A DNA stretch of 64,000 bases from a virus (IMGVR_UViG_3300030117_007612:32001-96000), one strand, 5' to 3'; counted from the first letter of the stretch, positions 27,433 through 38,380 are shown. The notes: a model not told the origin generated them from the letters alone. A program made the numbers and translations.

Positions 27433-27636
27433 ATGGCAGAAACAATAGTATACAACCTTTCAGATCAGGCCCTTGGCGCCGTCATGATGGCGCTGCAAAA
27501 ATCTTTGTTAGATCAATCTGACATCGTGCCGGTTTTAAAGAACTTTAAGTTTAGATTGTCGGATACGGGCCTCATGGTCATGAATCCTCCGATTGTCAAG
27601 TTTGAAGACGAAGAGCCAGACAGCGAGAGCGAGTGA
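27433..27636 (+). CDS. Hypothetical protein
   Basis: 67 aa ORF with an RBS (GGAG), in register with neighbours. Confidence 0.6.
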   Translation: MAETIVYNLSDQALGAVMMALQKSLLDQSDIVPVLKNFKFRLSDTGLMVMNPPIVKFEDEEPDSESE

Positions 27637-27641
27637 AGTAT

Positions 27642-27896
27642 ATGCCAAATTACACTTACAGATGTGATCACTGCGAAGTGCAATTTAGTATATTCCACAG
27701 CATTAATGATATTTTGGTAAAATGTCAGGAGTGCAATGAAGAATCTTTGGTGCGTGTGCCACAATCGATTATTAACACCACCAGTACAAAAAAACAAAAA
27801 ACAGGAACGATTGTTAAAGATTACATTAAAGATGCCAAGCTTGATCTTGAGCATCAAAAAAACGAAATGAAAAACGAAATTTATAAAGATGACTAG
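27642..27896 (+). CDS. FmdB-family zinc-ribbon protein
   Basis: MPNYTYRCDHC...CQEC pattern. Confidence 0.8.
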   Translation: MPNYTYRCDHCEVQFSIFHSINDILVKCQECNEESLVRVPQSIINTTSTKKQKTGTIVKDYIKDAKLDLEHQKNEMKNEIYKDD

Positions 27897-28236
27897 ACTA
27901 GAAATAACATTGACATTAATAATGTCAGCTTCTTTGTTGGCAAACATAGGGCTGGTTTTATATTTACGCAGCGCTTTGGTAAGACTATTAAGCTTTTCTG
28001 ATGAATTGTATGATTTACAGGGAATGATAGATAATTTTTCCGATCATGTTAACAGTATTTACGAAATGGAGATGTTTTATGGAGATGAAACACTACAGTT
28101 TTTAATGGAACACGCAAAAGATTTTAAAGCGCAGTTATCTAATTTCGATTACATATACACCCTAGTAGAGAAAGAAGATGACGGAGAATCAGAGCAAGCC
28201 GAAACCGAAGAGAAGGAAGAGGCGGTCCAAGAATAA
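27889..28236 (+). CDS. Hypothetical membrane-anchored protein
   Basis: N-terminal hydrophobic helix (aa ~5-26) followed by a helical acidic region. Confidence 0.6.
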   Translation: MTRLEITLTLIMSASLLANIGLVLYLRSALVRLLSFSDELYDLQGMIDNFSDHVNSIYEMEMFYGDETLQFLMEHAKDFKAQLSNFDYIYTLVEKEDDGESEQAETEEKEEAVQE

Positions 28237-28900
28237 AAAGCATTATTTTACCCAAGATCATGAAGATGCGATAGTTCAATATACAAAAACAAATTGCGTA
28301 AGAGAAAGAACGGAATTGTATGTAAAATGGATTGAACCAGCGTTTAATGAGATGGTGGATAAGATTGTTTTTACTTACAAATTTACAACCTTGCCAAATA
28401 TTCACGACTTGAGGTGTGAATGCAAGGTGTGGCTTACCACCATTCTTGATAAATATGATCCCAACAAGGGATCAAAGGCGTTTTCTTACTTTAGCGTTAT
28501 AACTAAAAATTGGTTTATTCATAAAGTTAAAAAACAGCAAAAACAAAACAAAAGAGAAGTTGACTTAGACAACATTTCTAAAGATTACGAAGAGCGGTAT
28601 CTCTCGACCACCATGCCTTATCTTGAGGATCGAGAGAAAGAGGAGTTTTGGAGACATTTATACAAAGAGATGGCATCATGGGATCCCGATATGATGAAGG
28701 AGAATGAAAGAAAAGTATACGAAGCCATAAAAATTCTTTTTGATAATAGCGAAAGCATAGAAATTTTTAACAAAAAAGCTATTTATTTATACCTGAGAGA
28801 GATCACGGGACTTAACACCAAGCAGGTTGTTAATAATTTAAACAAACTTAGAAAAAAATATAAAACTTTTAAAAGAAATTGGGACAAAGGCGACACATGA
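28178..28900 (+). CDS. Phage-encoded RNA polymerase sigma factor-like protein
   Basis: LDKYDPNKGSKAFSYFSVITKNW resembles sigma region 2 (FDPxKGxKFSTY); C-terminal LREITGLNTKQV HTH resembles region 4. Confidence 0.65.
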   Translation: MTENQSKPKPKRRKRRSKNKKHYFTQDHEDAIVQYTKTNCVRERTELYVKWIEPAFNEMVDKIVFTYKFTTLPNIHDLRCECKVWLTTILDKYDPNKGSKAFSYFSVITKNWFIHKVKKQQKQNKREVDLDNISKDYEERYLSTTMPYLEDREKEEFWRHLYKEMASWDPDMMKENERKVYEAIKILFDNSESIEIFNKKAIYLYLREITGLNTKQVVNNLNKLRKKYKTFKRNWDKGDT

Positions 28901-29199
28901 AAAAAACAGATATGGAAACATTGATGGACGAAGCTCTTGTTAATATTCGAGATGATCGAAAATTAGCACGTGAGCTTTTAAATGATGTTGCCAATCTGCT
29001 AGCTGACACGCCCAGCGAGAGTAAGTATTTGAGCCCCGTGGCTGCCAAACATATAGAAACCCTGCAACGTTCAAATGAACAACTGGTGAAGTTAATATCA
29101 ATTCGTCAAAAAGAAGTAAACGTGGATCAAAACCTTAGCGACAATGATAAAAATGAATTGTTTGAGCTAATAAAAGGCGATAAAACGGAGGAACTATAG
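28897..29199 (+). CDS. Hypothetical helical protein
   Basis: ATGA-coupled start at 28897; helical ~100 aa ORF. Confidence 0.6.
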   Translation: MKKTDMETLMDEALVNIRDDRKLARELLNDVANLLADTPSESKYLSPVAAKHIETLQRSNEQLVKLISIRQKEVNVDQNLSDNDKNELFELIKGDKTEEL

Positions 29200-30336
29200 A
29201 TGTCGTGGCAAAAAAGACTTATCAATCACACAGAACTCGGCGGTCCCGAAGGCATACTGGACATATTAGCAGAGACCATAAAGGGCGTATTCAACCCAAA
29301 TACGAATGCAGGTAGAACTCAATTTAGGGCTTTAGTACTCGACGATTCGGTAAGCCTAAATATTTCTGATGTTGCGCAACTCGGCGGATTAAATATCGAC
29401 GGCGCCGAAGTTGAAAGTGTGTATGCAAATACTTTTCGTCAAGGCGTCCGCGTTAGAATTGTTGAAGAGGATTCGCCCCATGGATGCTTACCTTCACCAA
29501 AATCTATATTGCGACCAGATCAGGCCGACTTAAATTCAATTGCAATGCATCCATTGGCCATATCGCAAGTTGTTTATGAAGATTCACTTCAAAGCACTCT
29601 GCGACCCGGCGACATTGTTTGGTGCACCTACGAGCGCGGCCCTGACGGCTCGAAAACACGAAATTTACAGATTATGCCAAAGGAATATATTCAAAAAGCT
29701 GACAGCAGAGTAACAGGTTTATCTCACAGGCCGATGGCTATTACTGCGATGAGGGGTCCGTCTAAATCATTAGATGAAATGTATGGTGATCGCAGCGCCT
29801 TTACGACCCCCACTGCTCAAGAAACTTTAGACCACTTAAGATCAATTTATCCCGGCGCCTCAGAAGAATTTTTATTTGGACTTATGGGCAACATCAACTC
29901 TGAAAGTGCATTTGATAATATGATCGCCGGCGATCCGCCCAGAACCGAGTACGGCAGAGAAAGAGCCCTCCTCGGCCGCGGCCTACACGGTGTCGAAGGA
30001 GATTACTGTTCACATGGTCACTATCAAATGAATATCTGCGGCAAGACCTACGCCGGCAGCGAGTACATCAGGTGGGCTAGCAATGGCACAGTTGATCCTG
30101 CAAAGGATAAGGTTGAAACAGCTAAGCTAATGTGGAATTGGAAAGGTCAGAGTGAATATGTTAAATACTGGATGGAATCGCAAGGCGCAGATCCGACGAG
30201 CAGCCGACCCCCTCGCTATGGCAGCTGGACAGAATTTATTATGAGAGACTTTGAAAATTGCCTGACATGCGACCACGACGGCCATATTGCTAAACGGGAA
30301 GCCGCATCCAGACAATTACGAAATCAATTAAATTAG
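29200..30336 (+). CDS. Baseplate hub-associated protein with C-terminal phage tail lysozyme-like domain
   Basis: LFGLMGNINSESAF and GHYQ match the GxxGNxxxES lysozyme pattern; N-terminal VRVRI/GDIVW OB-fold-like; position at the start of the baseplate cluster. Confidence 0.6.
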   Translation: MSWQKRLINHTELGGPEGILDILAETIKGVFNPNTNAGRTQFRALVLDDSVSLNISDVAQLGGLNIDGAEVESVYANTFRQGVRVRIVEEDSPHGCLPSPKSILRPDQADLNSIAMHPLAISQVVYEDSLQSTLRPGDIVWCTYERGPDGSKTRNLQIMPKEYIQKADSRVTGLSHRPMAITAMRGPSKSLDEMYGDRSAFTTPTAQETLDHLRSIYPGASEEFLFGLMGNINSESAFDNMIAGDPPRTEYGRERALLGRGLHGVEGDYCSHGHYQMNICGKTYAGSEYIRWASNGTVDPAKDKVETAKLMWNWKGQSEYVKYWMESQGADPTSSRPPRYGSWTEFIMRDFENCLTCDHDGHIAKREAASRQLRNQLN

Positions 30337-30354
30337 AATAATAAGGAGTAAATT

Positions 30355-31365
30355 ATGAGCATTATTGGAGGAGACAAGCGCCCGATGCACGACGTCGGAG
30401 ACGCTAGCAAACTTCAACAAGAAAACCTTGCCATGGCCAAAACGGCAATGCAGAAAATGAATGCTGTGCCGGCAGGCTCTGGCCTCTTTCACACGAAGGG
30501 GGTAGAACCAACTTGCAACCCTGTGAGAGCACCGGCAGAGAAATGGCTGACGTCTCCCGGTGCACCAAATGCTGCAGTTAGAATAGGTAAAGACCGCCCA
30601 CACCATATTACATCGGGCTACGGCGCCAAGGGCGCCACTGGCTGTAGTACTATTGATATTGTTGCCGGCATGGGCGCTAAACATAACACAGCATCAGGCA
30701 CCGGCCCTAGAGACGGGGAGTATCTTAATCCTAGCCCGCATGGCGATGCAGCACGAATATTGTGTACTGCGATGACTGATGTTGATACAAACTTTAGATT
30801 AGATCCCGGCACAATTGGTAGTTCTGTAGCAAGATCAGCATGCGCCATGAAGGCGGACGCAATTAGGCTTATGGGCGCCGACGGCGGTATTAAACTTGTT
30901 ACTGGTAAAGATGATGGAGTTGAGGGTGCTGGATATAACGCCCGCGGCGGCAAGATTAAACAACCCGCCCCCGGTATTGAATTGATTGCTGGGAACAACT
31001 CAGAGCCTAAAAAAGCATACATTAGGATACCAGAGTTTAAAGTTGAAACAATCAGGTCTTTGCAGCCAGTAGCCATGGCTGACAACGTAAGGGATTGCCT
31101 TCAAGAATTATGCACCAATTTACAACAGTTTCAGAGTCATGTTTATTTGTTTATGACAAATCAAATAATTTACAATGCTAACAACAATATCGACCTTTTA
31201 AGACCATGGGTAGCTGCAGTTGGAACACCAGCGACTGTAGGACAAATTGTTAATGCTTGGGTGCCTGATGTCCCTACAAGATATAATTGGTTTGCTTGGG
31301 AGGCTAACTATTTAGTCGCCGGTTCATACAAATATGTTGGGAGCCATAATGTACGCGTTACGTAA
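30355..31365 (+). CDS. Putative baseplate hub/spike (gp5 C-terminal-like) protein
   Basis: Beta-rich, AVRIGKDRP, IDIVAG, KADAIRLMG, IKLVTG; lies between the lysozyme-like gene and gp25; AAGGAG RBS. Confidence 0.45.
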   Translation: MSIIGGDKRPMHDVGDASKLQQENLAMAKTAMQKMNAVPAGSGLFHTKGVEPTCNPVRAPAEKWLTSPGAPNAAVRIGKDRPHHITSGYGAKGATGCSTIDIVAGMGAKHNTASGTGPRDGEYLNPSPHGDAARILCTAMTDVDTNFRLDPGTIGSSVARSACAMKADAIRLMGADGGIKLVTGKDDGVEGAGYNARGGKIKQPAPGIELIAGNNSEPKKAYIRIPEFKVETIRSLQPVAMADNVRDCLQELCTNLQQFQSHVYLFMTNQIIYNANNNIDLLRPWVAAVGTPATVGQIVNAWVPDVPTRYNWFAWEANYLVAGSYKYVGSHNVRVT

Positions 31366-31379
31366 GCCCAGAGGAAGAA

Positions 31380-34300
31380 ATGGCAAAATTTTCTGATTTT
31401 CAAGATTTAAACAACGATGGATTAGTAGATAAATGCGTGGTGGAGCTTCCAATAAAGCAGGATCCATGCCCTACGTGTATTCCAAACCCGCATGCCATAA
31501 GGCCAGATTGGACTAAAAAATCACATCTTGAATCGTATTTAAACCAAAGAACATGTGAATATACGATTATTTTTAGGAGTAACTACAAAGATACCGGCGG
31601 TACCGGCAACTCAGTAAAAGACGAGCAAACTATAGTCGATCGCTGGGAGGAATACAAAGAAGATGCAGTAAAGGAGATACTGGAAGCATATGCAAAAGAC
31701 ACATCTCCCACATATGTGTCGACAACATCGTCGAGTGTAAAATACGATAAAAAAGATTGGTACCTATCCGTAATACCAAACTCTAGAATAAAGTTTAAAT
31801 ATAGAATACCCGCAGAAGTCCTCAATTCAATTCCGGAGGCCCCCCAGCATGCTGAGGCCCCGACAGCACCAATAGAGGTGGAATACGATGTCAATGAATT
31901 AAGATTGGCCTTAATAAGAATAAGCAAAGGTCTGCATCTGTATTCGAGATACATAAGAGTATTTCAGGCCGTTGAGGGAGGTAGGGTTACGTGGGCCCGC
32001 ACAGGTGCGCGCTTCAACTTAGATCCGTACGGAGATAAGACGGGCAAGCTTAGGAGAATCTTGCCTGAGCTTTTAAAATTTTATTGGTCCAAGGGTTGGG
32101 TATTGAACGGTTCTTTACTCCCCGGCTTCGGCAAGAAAGACGCCGAAAAAATTGCAATTGGCTTTAATGAAAATTACACTATAAAATACATGTCTGTGTG
32201 GCAATATGGATGTGAGCACGCAGCCTACACACTTAAAGAAGGACAACTATCTTCGCTTAAAAATAAGACTCCCTTTAATGATCCGACCGCCATGGCATAT
32301 CTTTCTAAAGTTTTCGAAATGGAAAATGATTTAATTTCGAGAGTTCCCAAAGATTGGCTAGAGTTCCTAGAAGAATATACTTACCCAGCATTGCTTGTAA
32401 GACATGCGAATCCGGGAGAATATGATCCATTTGCTCCCGGCGGCCCAATCCAACAGCAGACCATGGGCGCCATTAATGATGCGTTAGCTGGTGCCGGCGG
32501 CAGTACTAACATGACCGCTGGTGACTGTATTGCTGATGATTTTGCGCAAGATTTTAAAGAAATAAAAGATTTTGTCCACGATCAGGTAATGGGCTTGGGC
32601 GATGTGATTGCCTATAAATTTAGAGATAAAATATGCGGCACTGAAGATTCGGCAAGACAAGACGCTGAGGATGTTGGATGGTTTAGTGTTTATGATCCAA
32701 AAACAAGAAAGAATAAAAATGTATACCTTATGGCCCAAGAACAGGCTTTTGCTCAATTGGAGGCCAATGATCAGGTCTTTGTTGAATTGTGCGCAAGGCT
32801 TTTTAGTCTTCTTAATGTTAGTGGCGGCTATCAAAAGATGGACGAATTGTGGGCACAAGTATTCAGCCCGCTAAAGGAGTGCGGCCTATCAGAATTGCTA
32901 TCTGACGTCATTAAGTGTCTTTTGGGCGGCTTAAGTTTAGAAGAGGCCATGGCCAAAGCAATCCTTTCTGCTTTAAACGCTATGGGCATTGAGTCCTTTG
33001 GAAAGCTTTTTGTAGGGTTGCCGCCTGATAAGCAGAGAGAAATTGAAGCGATTGTATGGAGAAGATTAGAAAGTGGAGACGTTCCCGGCTTTGAACCAGA
33101 GAGAATGCGAGCTACTCCTCCATGGGAATCTGATGTAGCAAAGGCCGGAGCTTCGCAAAGAGTGGCAACTGGGGTGGAAGATAGCCCAGTGCCGGTCGAT
33201 CGCGGCCCACCATACAGCGCGCCATCCACTAGGAGAACTCTCGGACAACAATTTGACACAGCTATAAACGACCCATATCAAGGAGTCGATCCAAACAACA
33301 TATTGCAGGTTTACATTGCTGCCTTGATAGATGTTTATGGCGACAATTTATTAGACTTGGTCGACGAGATAAACAAAATTCCGGGCGTCCCGGTTATCAC
33401 TGCCATCATCGCCACTTTGGATTGTCCTCGTCCTCCTATTTTTGATCCGGGCCTGTTCGACTGGCTTAAAGATATTCAGCTTCCATGGTGTAGAAACCAA
33501 AAAGATATTGGCTGGCCAAGAATAAATATGGCACCACCCATGTCGCTAGCTGATATTTTTAAGGCACTTCTAGAGGCCGCCAAGGAAGCGCTCTTGGAAA
33601 TGATTATGAACATCTTGACTCAAATAATCATTAAAATATGTGAGATACTTGGTGACATGATATGTAAGGCGCTAGAGGCTGTTGGTGCTTTGGCAGCTGC
33701 TTTACCGAGCTTAATCAGCGGCGAAAACTCCGTATCGAATGTACTGAGAGATGTTTTCTGTGGCCCAGACGCGTCACAAGAACAAATTGAGCAAGTTACG
33801 GCGCGATTAATAGGCACTCTTGGGGGTGGCGGCGCCGCAATGGCAGATCGTGGATTGGTAAACAACTGGACTGCCGGCGTATCTTCGATGATAACACAAA
33901 GAGAGCTAGCAGAATTGTTCACCGGCCGAGCCGATGATTCAACTATAAACATAATACATGAATTTACACAACTGGAGGTTCCAGAATTTGCTGACGCCTT
34001 AGCTTCACCCACTGACATTAGAAATCTTTTTAAGAATATTGGCGACTTATTCCCACCTGAATTTACAGGTGAGCTTTTGGACATTGTTGATGCCGATGAT
34101 TTACTTGCTGATAAGCCGATAAATCCGTCTTTATGTGCCACTCCGGAGAAGCTAGATGATTTTAAAGCCGCTCGTTGTGCGCTATTAGAAGGCCGAGCCA
34201 CCAAAGAACAGTGTGATAAACTTTATGATGACCTAAAAGATCAATTATTGGATGATCTAGAAGATATCAGCACAGTTTTCCAAAAAGGTGTGAAAGCGCA

Positions 34301-37300
34301 CATTGCAGATCAGTTGCCGCCACTTGTTAGCGCACCCGGCTGTCAAGATGGGCTGTTGCCTTTTGAGCCAGAAGAACATAGAGTTGCAAGAGAAAAAGTA
34401 CAAGAAAGCTTATACAAAGAAATCAAAGTTGCATACACACAAGATTTAGTCGGTGACGGACCTTGGGCATTTCAGTGGGGCGCCCTCAATCTAATACTTT
34501 CTGATGTTAATGGGGTAGCCTATACAGCCCACCAGAAAAAAGCACAAAACATGTTTAATTATGTTGACTTTATCAACGAATCCGGACCCGATCCCGGCGG
34601 ATTTCCCGAGATGCCGCCTTTGGTGGGTGAATTGATGGGCGGCCATAATGGCGCGTTCCCTGTTGATGTTGCCGGCTGGCTGCAAGATTACGTGACCTCT
34701 GGCAGCTATAGAGATCCGACAGTGCCAACTGGCATTTTTAAACCAATTGAGGGATGGCACGAATCTCAAAAAAGAAAAATAATCATAGAACCAAGCCCCA
34801 CAATCTATTCAATTTTTGGCGAAACCCAACAAGAGGTTGCATATGTGATGTTACCCGGATATAAGATGGGAGATTTAAGAGCTAAATTCAGAGACAACGC
34901 AAAAGGCATGCCAAATAAATTCAAGATCGCCGGCGTTACAGATTCAACAAAAGGTCTTGATGGAGAAAACGAGGCATATGGATATGGTTTTGACATGTGG
35001 ATGTCGACTTCAGACTTGGAAGTTAATGGCGGCGATATTGTATATAGAGATGGCGACTGGACATCTTTAAGAATATATGAAAGAAGAAACAACGCATACT
35101 CTGATATAATTGTAGCAAACGATAGTTCAATTAGTGCCATGTTCCCCATGGGCGCCCAAGTTGAAGCATCTCTCGGTGGCAGCGAACTAGGTGTTGGTAT
35201 TAGCCGAGTGAGACCCCCCAATTCTAAACTTCCTCATACTGCGATTATTAGAGAGCACATGGCTGCTGAAGTTAATGAAATTTTAAATAGCCTACCCCCA
35301 GTTGAATACGGTCTTCGCGATGGAAAACCTCCAGATACACCCCCATCAAACAAGTACTTACCGCAAGTTCAAAGGCTGGCTAGTTTTCTTGAGGAAAGAA
35401 AGGTATTGCCGGCCGTGGTTCCAGACGCCACCGGCTGGGGGTCTGGGACCGTTCCTTCGTCAACCTCCATTGATTTGCAATCTCTTGAAGATCTTCATGG
35501 AAATGTAATGAATCTGTTCTCCGATTTAGTTTTCCAGAAGATAGCAGAGGGAGGTATCACAAACCCTGCATTTAATTTTGGCGCCGCACCTGACGGCCTT
35601 TCACCTTCCGACATCATGTATGTCAATCCCGACAATTATACAGACGATAACGGAGACTTCCACGCCGCCGGCCAGCCTTACAGTATACCGTCTAGCGAAG
35701 CTGTTATGGGTATCAGTGCTGCTCAGTATAGTAGTTCGCCGATAGCCAATCGAATTCATTATCTAAATCCGGCAACTTTTGGTGGAACGTATGCCTCTCC
35801 GGGTATTTACATAGAACCACCAAAAAATGACGGATGGCTTGGTCTTTTTGATGCGATAATGCCAGAAGAAGATGGGTGTAAGCCTCGAAGATCAGACCTG
35901 ATTGATTTTGCTGATGTTGGTCAAAGAGTCAACGACTTGTATACCAAAATTCCTGATGATCCAAGATTAAGAATGGGTCCCGAATGTCGATTAGAAGTGC
36001 CATACGCAAGAATTCTCGATAGGGCTTCAGCCGCCGGCATCGAAGGAGTTGTAATGATAGCTATCAGAGCGTTTGCCAGCATGCATTTCATTAAAGCAAT
36101 TGCAACTTATTCAAAATTTAAACCCGTCTTTCCCGATAATTTTAGTAGCATTGTGTCTTCATTTATAATTCAAGAGATGGAAACTAGATTTAAAGAAAAC
36201 GAAAATGTTCTAGGTGATACTTTATTTAAAGATGAAAGATTTTGGTACGCCTTTTTGGAACAATGTGTTCAGATTTATGATCGCAAAGTAACTCTTGGCG
36301 AGGTTGAACCACCCGCAGCCGCCATTCAGGCTTTCAGAGCCTTAAATGATCTGCAAGAAACCTATGATTATCCGGACATGAGGGAACTACGAAAAGCCAA
36401 AAGTCAAGGTTTGCAATATTTAGATAAAACAATACACGATGTTCATTCGCTGAGATATATGAGAAATGTAAAAAACCTCCACTATGTCAGGGATACAGAG
36501 ATGCATGCAAAAAATATTATGAAATATCTCGTTGAAGAAGAGTTAAACAAACTTGGAGAGATTTTTACTCAAAACTTGAAAGATATTGGTTTTGGACCAA
36601 GAATAAAACATCTCGGAAAATATTTTATTAGCAGAGATAACGGCGCCGTAATTGCAGGAACATCGCTGCGACTAGATCAGGAGTTCTATATATCGGCCAC
36701 AGGGTTGCCACTCGTAGAGGGAAACTCTTTCTATACCTCTGGGGGGGAGTTTGCGAAACAGGATGGTAGCGAATATATTGGACAATATCATGTGCACGTC
36801 TCCGAAGGCCGCGGCCCGATTGCCATGGAAGGCCCGTTTCATAAATCGACACCCCATGAAGAATTGATACCCATTTCTAAAGACATGAGAGTTATTGGCG
36901 AAAGTGGCGATAGCCTAGGAGACGTCACAGAACTGGGAGACTCTCCAATGACCTTCGCTGCTGACGGCATGCCCGGTGGCTCTGGAGAGATCCGGCCATT
37001 TAAGCTTGAAAAATTAATGAGAATTACCCCTAAAGCCTCCGCAGAAATGGCGGCCGGCCTTCCAGCTTTGACATCCAGCCCTTCTGGATATGTGCAGCCT
37101 AGGGTGTGGACAAACTATATAAACAATCTTCCATCAACGGTTAAGAGTAGAAATATTTCTGATTACTACGGTAATTTGGAATTTGTATATGATCCGCAGA
37201 GCAACTCAGAAGAACCAATTGGCCTCAAGGCAGGTACAAGCATTGGTGTTGAATACGGCTTAAGATTGTCAATTGTGTTTGAAGACGGAACATCACATTC

Positions 37301-37940
37301 GGTTGCTGAAACTTTTGTCGACGCTCTCGATAAGCCGATAGCTCAATTTGAAGAATTCAATGCAGACTCTCGAATACTATACTGTTTGGTGAACAACCTA
37401 GTAGATTCTCCAGAATTTAAATTTATCACGGAATATGTTTTCCCATTACGTAAAATAACCGCTTTCGCAGCAATCTACAATTCTTATGCGTTCTTGCCTT
37501 CTGTTGGAGAATTGGTTACAAAATATGATAGCACTGATGATCTTACGGCCAAAAAGCCCGGCCGTCGAGTTGATGGAAGTGGTGCCTATGACGAGGAAAA
37601 TTCAATTAGAGGTTGGGAGCCGTATGGTAAAAGAATGAGATATCAACAAAACAACAATCCTGCCACGTGGTTTGAAAAGGGTTTTGATGAATGGGATCGC
37701 GAAGTATTAAAAAGCACCGTACCAAAGATCAGAAGCTTGTTTAAATCTTATTATAATGCCAGAGATTTTGACTGGGGAGAAGACGCCGCAGATGGTGTTG
37801 GTCATTTATTAGAACAAATGAGAGAATCAATACGACCCCCAGCCGGCGCAAAGTATTTGCCATGGTGGAAAAAACGCAAACTTAGAAAACGCCCTCTAAA
37901 TAAAAATGGAGGAATGTGCTCTTCATCAGACGAAGATTAA
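31380..37940 (+). CDS. Giant (2186 aa) putative virion structural protein
   Basis: Uninterrupted ORF directly before gp25; N-terminal DLNNDGLVD Ca-binding-like motif and CPTC. Confidence 0.75.
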   Translation: MAKFSDFQDLNNDGLVDKCVVELPIKQDPCPTCIPNPHAIRPDWTKKSHLESYLNQRTCEYTIIFRSNYKDTGGTGNSVKDEQTIVDRWEEYKEDAVKEILEAYAKDTSPTYVSTTSSSVKYDKKDWYLSVIPNSRIKFKYRIPAEVLNSIPEAPQHAEAPTAPIEVEYDVNELRLALIRISKGLHLYSRYIRVFQAVEGGRVTWARTGARFNLDPYGDKTGKLRRILPELLKFYWSKGWVLNGSLLPGFGKKDAEKIAIGFNENYTIKYMSVWQYGCEHAAYTLKEGQLSSLKNKTPFNDPTAMAYLSKVFEMENDLISRVPKDWLEFLEEYTYPALLVRHANPGEYDPFAPGGPIQQQTMGAINDALAGAGGSTNMTAGDCIADDFAQDFKEIKDFVHDQVMGLGDVIAYKFRDKICGTEDSARQDAEDVGWFSVYDPKTRKNKNVYLMAQEQAFAQLEANDQVFVELCARLFSLLNVSGGYQKMDELWAQVFSPLKECGLSELLSDVIKCLLGGLSLEEAMAKAILSALNAMGIESFGKLFVGLPPDKQREIEAIVWRRLESGDVPGFEPERMRATPPWESDVAKAGASQRVATGVEDSPVPVDRGPPYSAPSTRRTLGQQFDTAINDPYQGVDPNNILQVYIAALIDVYGDNLLDLVDEINKIPGVPVITAIIATLDCPRPPIFDPGLFDWLKDIQLPWCRNQKDIGWPRINMAPPMSLADIFKALLEAAKEALLEMIMNILTQIIIKICEILGDMICKALEAVGALAAALPSLISGENSVSNVLRDVFCGPDASQEQIEQVTARLIGTLGGGGAAMADRGLVNNWTAGVSSMITQRELAELFTGRADDSTINIIHEFTQLEVPEFADALASPTDIRNLFKNIGDLFPPEFTGELLDIVDADDLLADKPINPSLCATPEKLDDFKAARCALLEGRATKEQCDKLYDDLKDQLLDDLEDISTVFQKGVKAHIADQLPPLVSAPGCQDGLLPFEPEEHRVAREKVQESLYKEIKVAYTQDLVGDGPWAFQWGALNLILSDVNGVAYTAHQKKAQNMFNYVDFINESGPDPGGFPEMPPLVGELMGGHNGAFPVDVAGWLQDYVTSGSYRDPTVPTGIFKPIEGWHESQKRKIIIEPSPTIYSIFGETQQEVAYVMLPGYKMGDLRAKFRDNAKGMPNKFKIAGVTDSTKGLDGENEAYGYGFDMWMSTSDLEVNGGDIVYRDGDWTSLRIYERRNNAYSDIIVANDSSISAMFPMGAQVEASLGGSELGVGISRVRPPNSKLPHTAIIREHMAAEVNEILNSLPPVEYGLRDGKPPDTPPSNKYLPQVQRLASFLEERKVLPAVVPDATGWGSGTVPSSTSIDLQSLEDLHGNVMNLFSDLVFQKIAEGGITNPAFNFGAAPDGLSPSDIMYVNPDNYTDDNGDFHAAGQPYSIPSSEAVMGISAAQYSSSPIANRIHYLNPATFGGTYASPGIYIEPPKNDGWLGLFDAIMPEEDGCKPRRSDLIDFADVGQRVNDLYTKIPDDPRLRMGPECRLEVPYARILDRASAAGIEGVVMIAIRAFASMHFIKAIATYSKFKPVFPDNFSSIVSSFIIQEMETRFKENENVLGDTLFKDERFWYAFLEQCVQIYDRKVTLGEVEPPAAAIQAFRALNDLQETYDYPDMRELRKAKSQGLQYLDKTIHDVHSLRYMRNVKNLHYVRDTEMHAKNIMKYLVEEELNKLGEIFTQNLKDIGFGPRIKHLGKYFISRDNGAVIAGTSLRLDQEFYISATGLPLVEGNSFYTSGGEFAKQDGSEYIGQYHVHVSEGRGPIAMEGPFHKSTPHEELIPISKDMRVIGESGDSLGDVTELGDSPMTFAADGMPGGSGEIRPFKLEKLMRITPKASAEMAAGLPALTSSPSGYVQPRVWTNYINNLPSTVKSRNISDYYGNLEFVYDPQSNSEEPIGLKAGTSIGVEYGLRLSIVFEDGTSHSVAETFVDALDKPIAQFEEFNADSRILYCLVNNLVDSPEFKFITEYVFPLRKITAFAAIYNSYAFLPSVGELVTKYDSTDDLTAKKPGRRVDGSGAYDEENSIRGWEPYGKRMRYQQNNNPATWFEKGFDEWDREVLKSTVPKIRSLFKSYYNARDFDWGEDAADGVGHLLEQMRESIRPPAGAKYLPWWKKRKLRKRPLNKNGGMCSSSDED

Positions 37941-37949
37941 AATTAGTGC

Positions 37950-37956
37950 CTAATTA
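37950..37956 (+). promoter_or_regulatory. CTAATTA motif (candidate late promoter)
   Basis: 16 nt before the gp25 ATG, in a 32-nt intergenic gap. Confidence 0.45.
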
Positions 37957-37972
37957 CAGTTAGGGTTTTATA

Positions 37973-38365
37973 ATGGCTGGATTATCACCAAGATTACCAT
38001 TGATGAAAAGTAGTATTGATGGTTTTGAAACAATCAAGACCATCAATGGGTTAGTTTCTCAAAATTTAAAGATGCTAATCTTAACTGCTCCCGGAGAAAG
38101 AGTTATGGAGCCAGACTTTGGCGTTGGCATCCAGTCTTACTTTTTTGAGCCAATGAGGGAAGATACCTATATAAGAATCCAACAAAGAATCAACAGTCAA
38201 GTAAGTATGTATATGCCTTTTGTAACGATAATAAATATTAGCTTTAATTCAATAGCTGATTCACCGGGAAATATTTTTGATTACGATGAGCATTATTTAG
38301 GACTGACAATAGAATACAGCATTGACTCCATAGGGGTCGTTGATGTGTTGGAGATTTTGATTTAA
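37973..38365 (+). CDS. gp25: Baseplate wedge protein gp25/GpW-like
   Basis: QNLKMLILTAPGERVMEPDFGVGI..YFFEP signature. Confidence 0.92.
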   Translation: MAGLSPRLPLMKSSIDGFETIKTINGLVSQNLKMLILTAPGERVMEPDFGVGIQSYFFEPMREDTYIRIQQRINSQVSMYMPFVTIINISFNSIADSPGNIFDYDEHYLGLTIEYSIDSIGVVDVLEILI

Positions 38366-38380
38366 TTAATTAATATGAAT

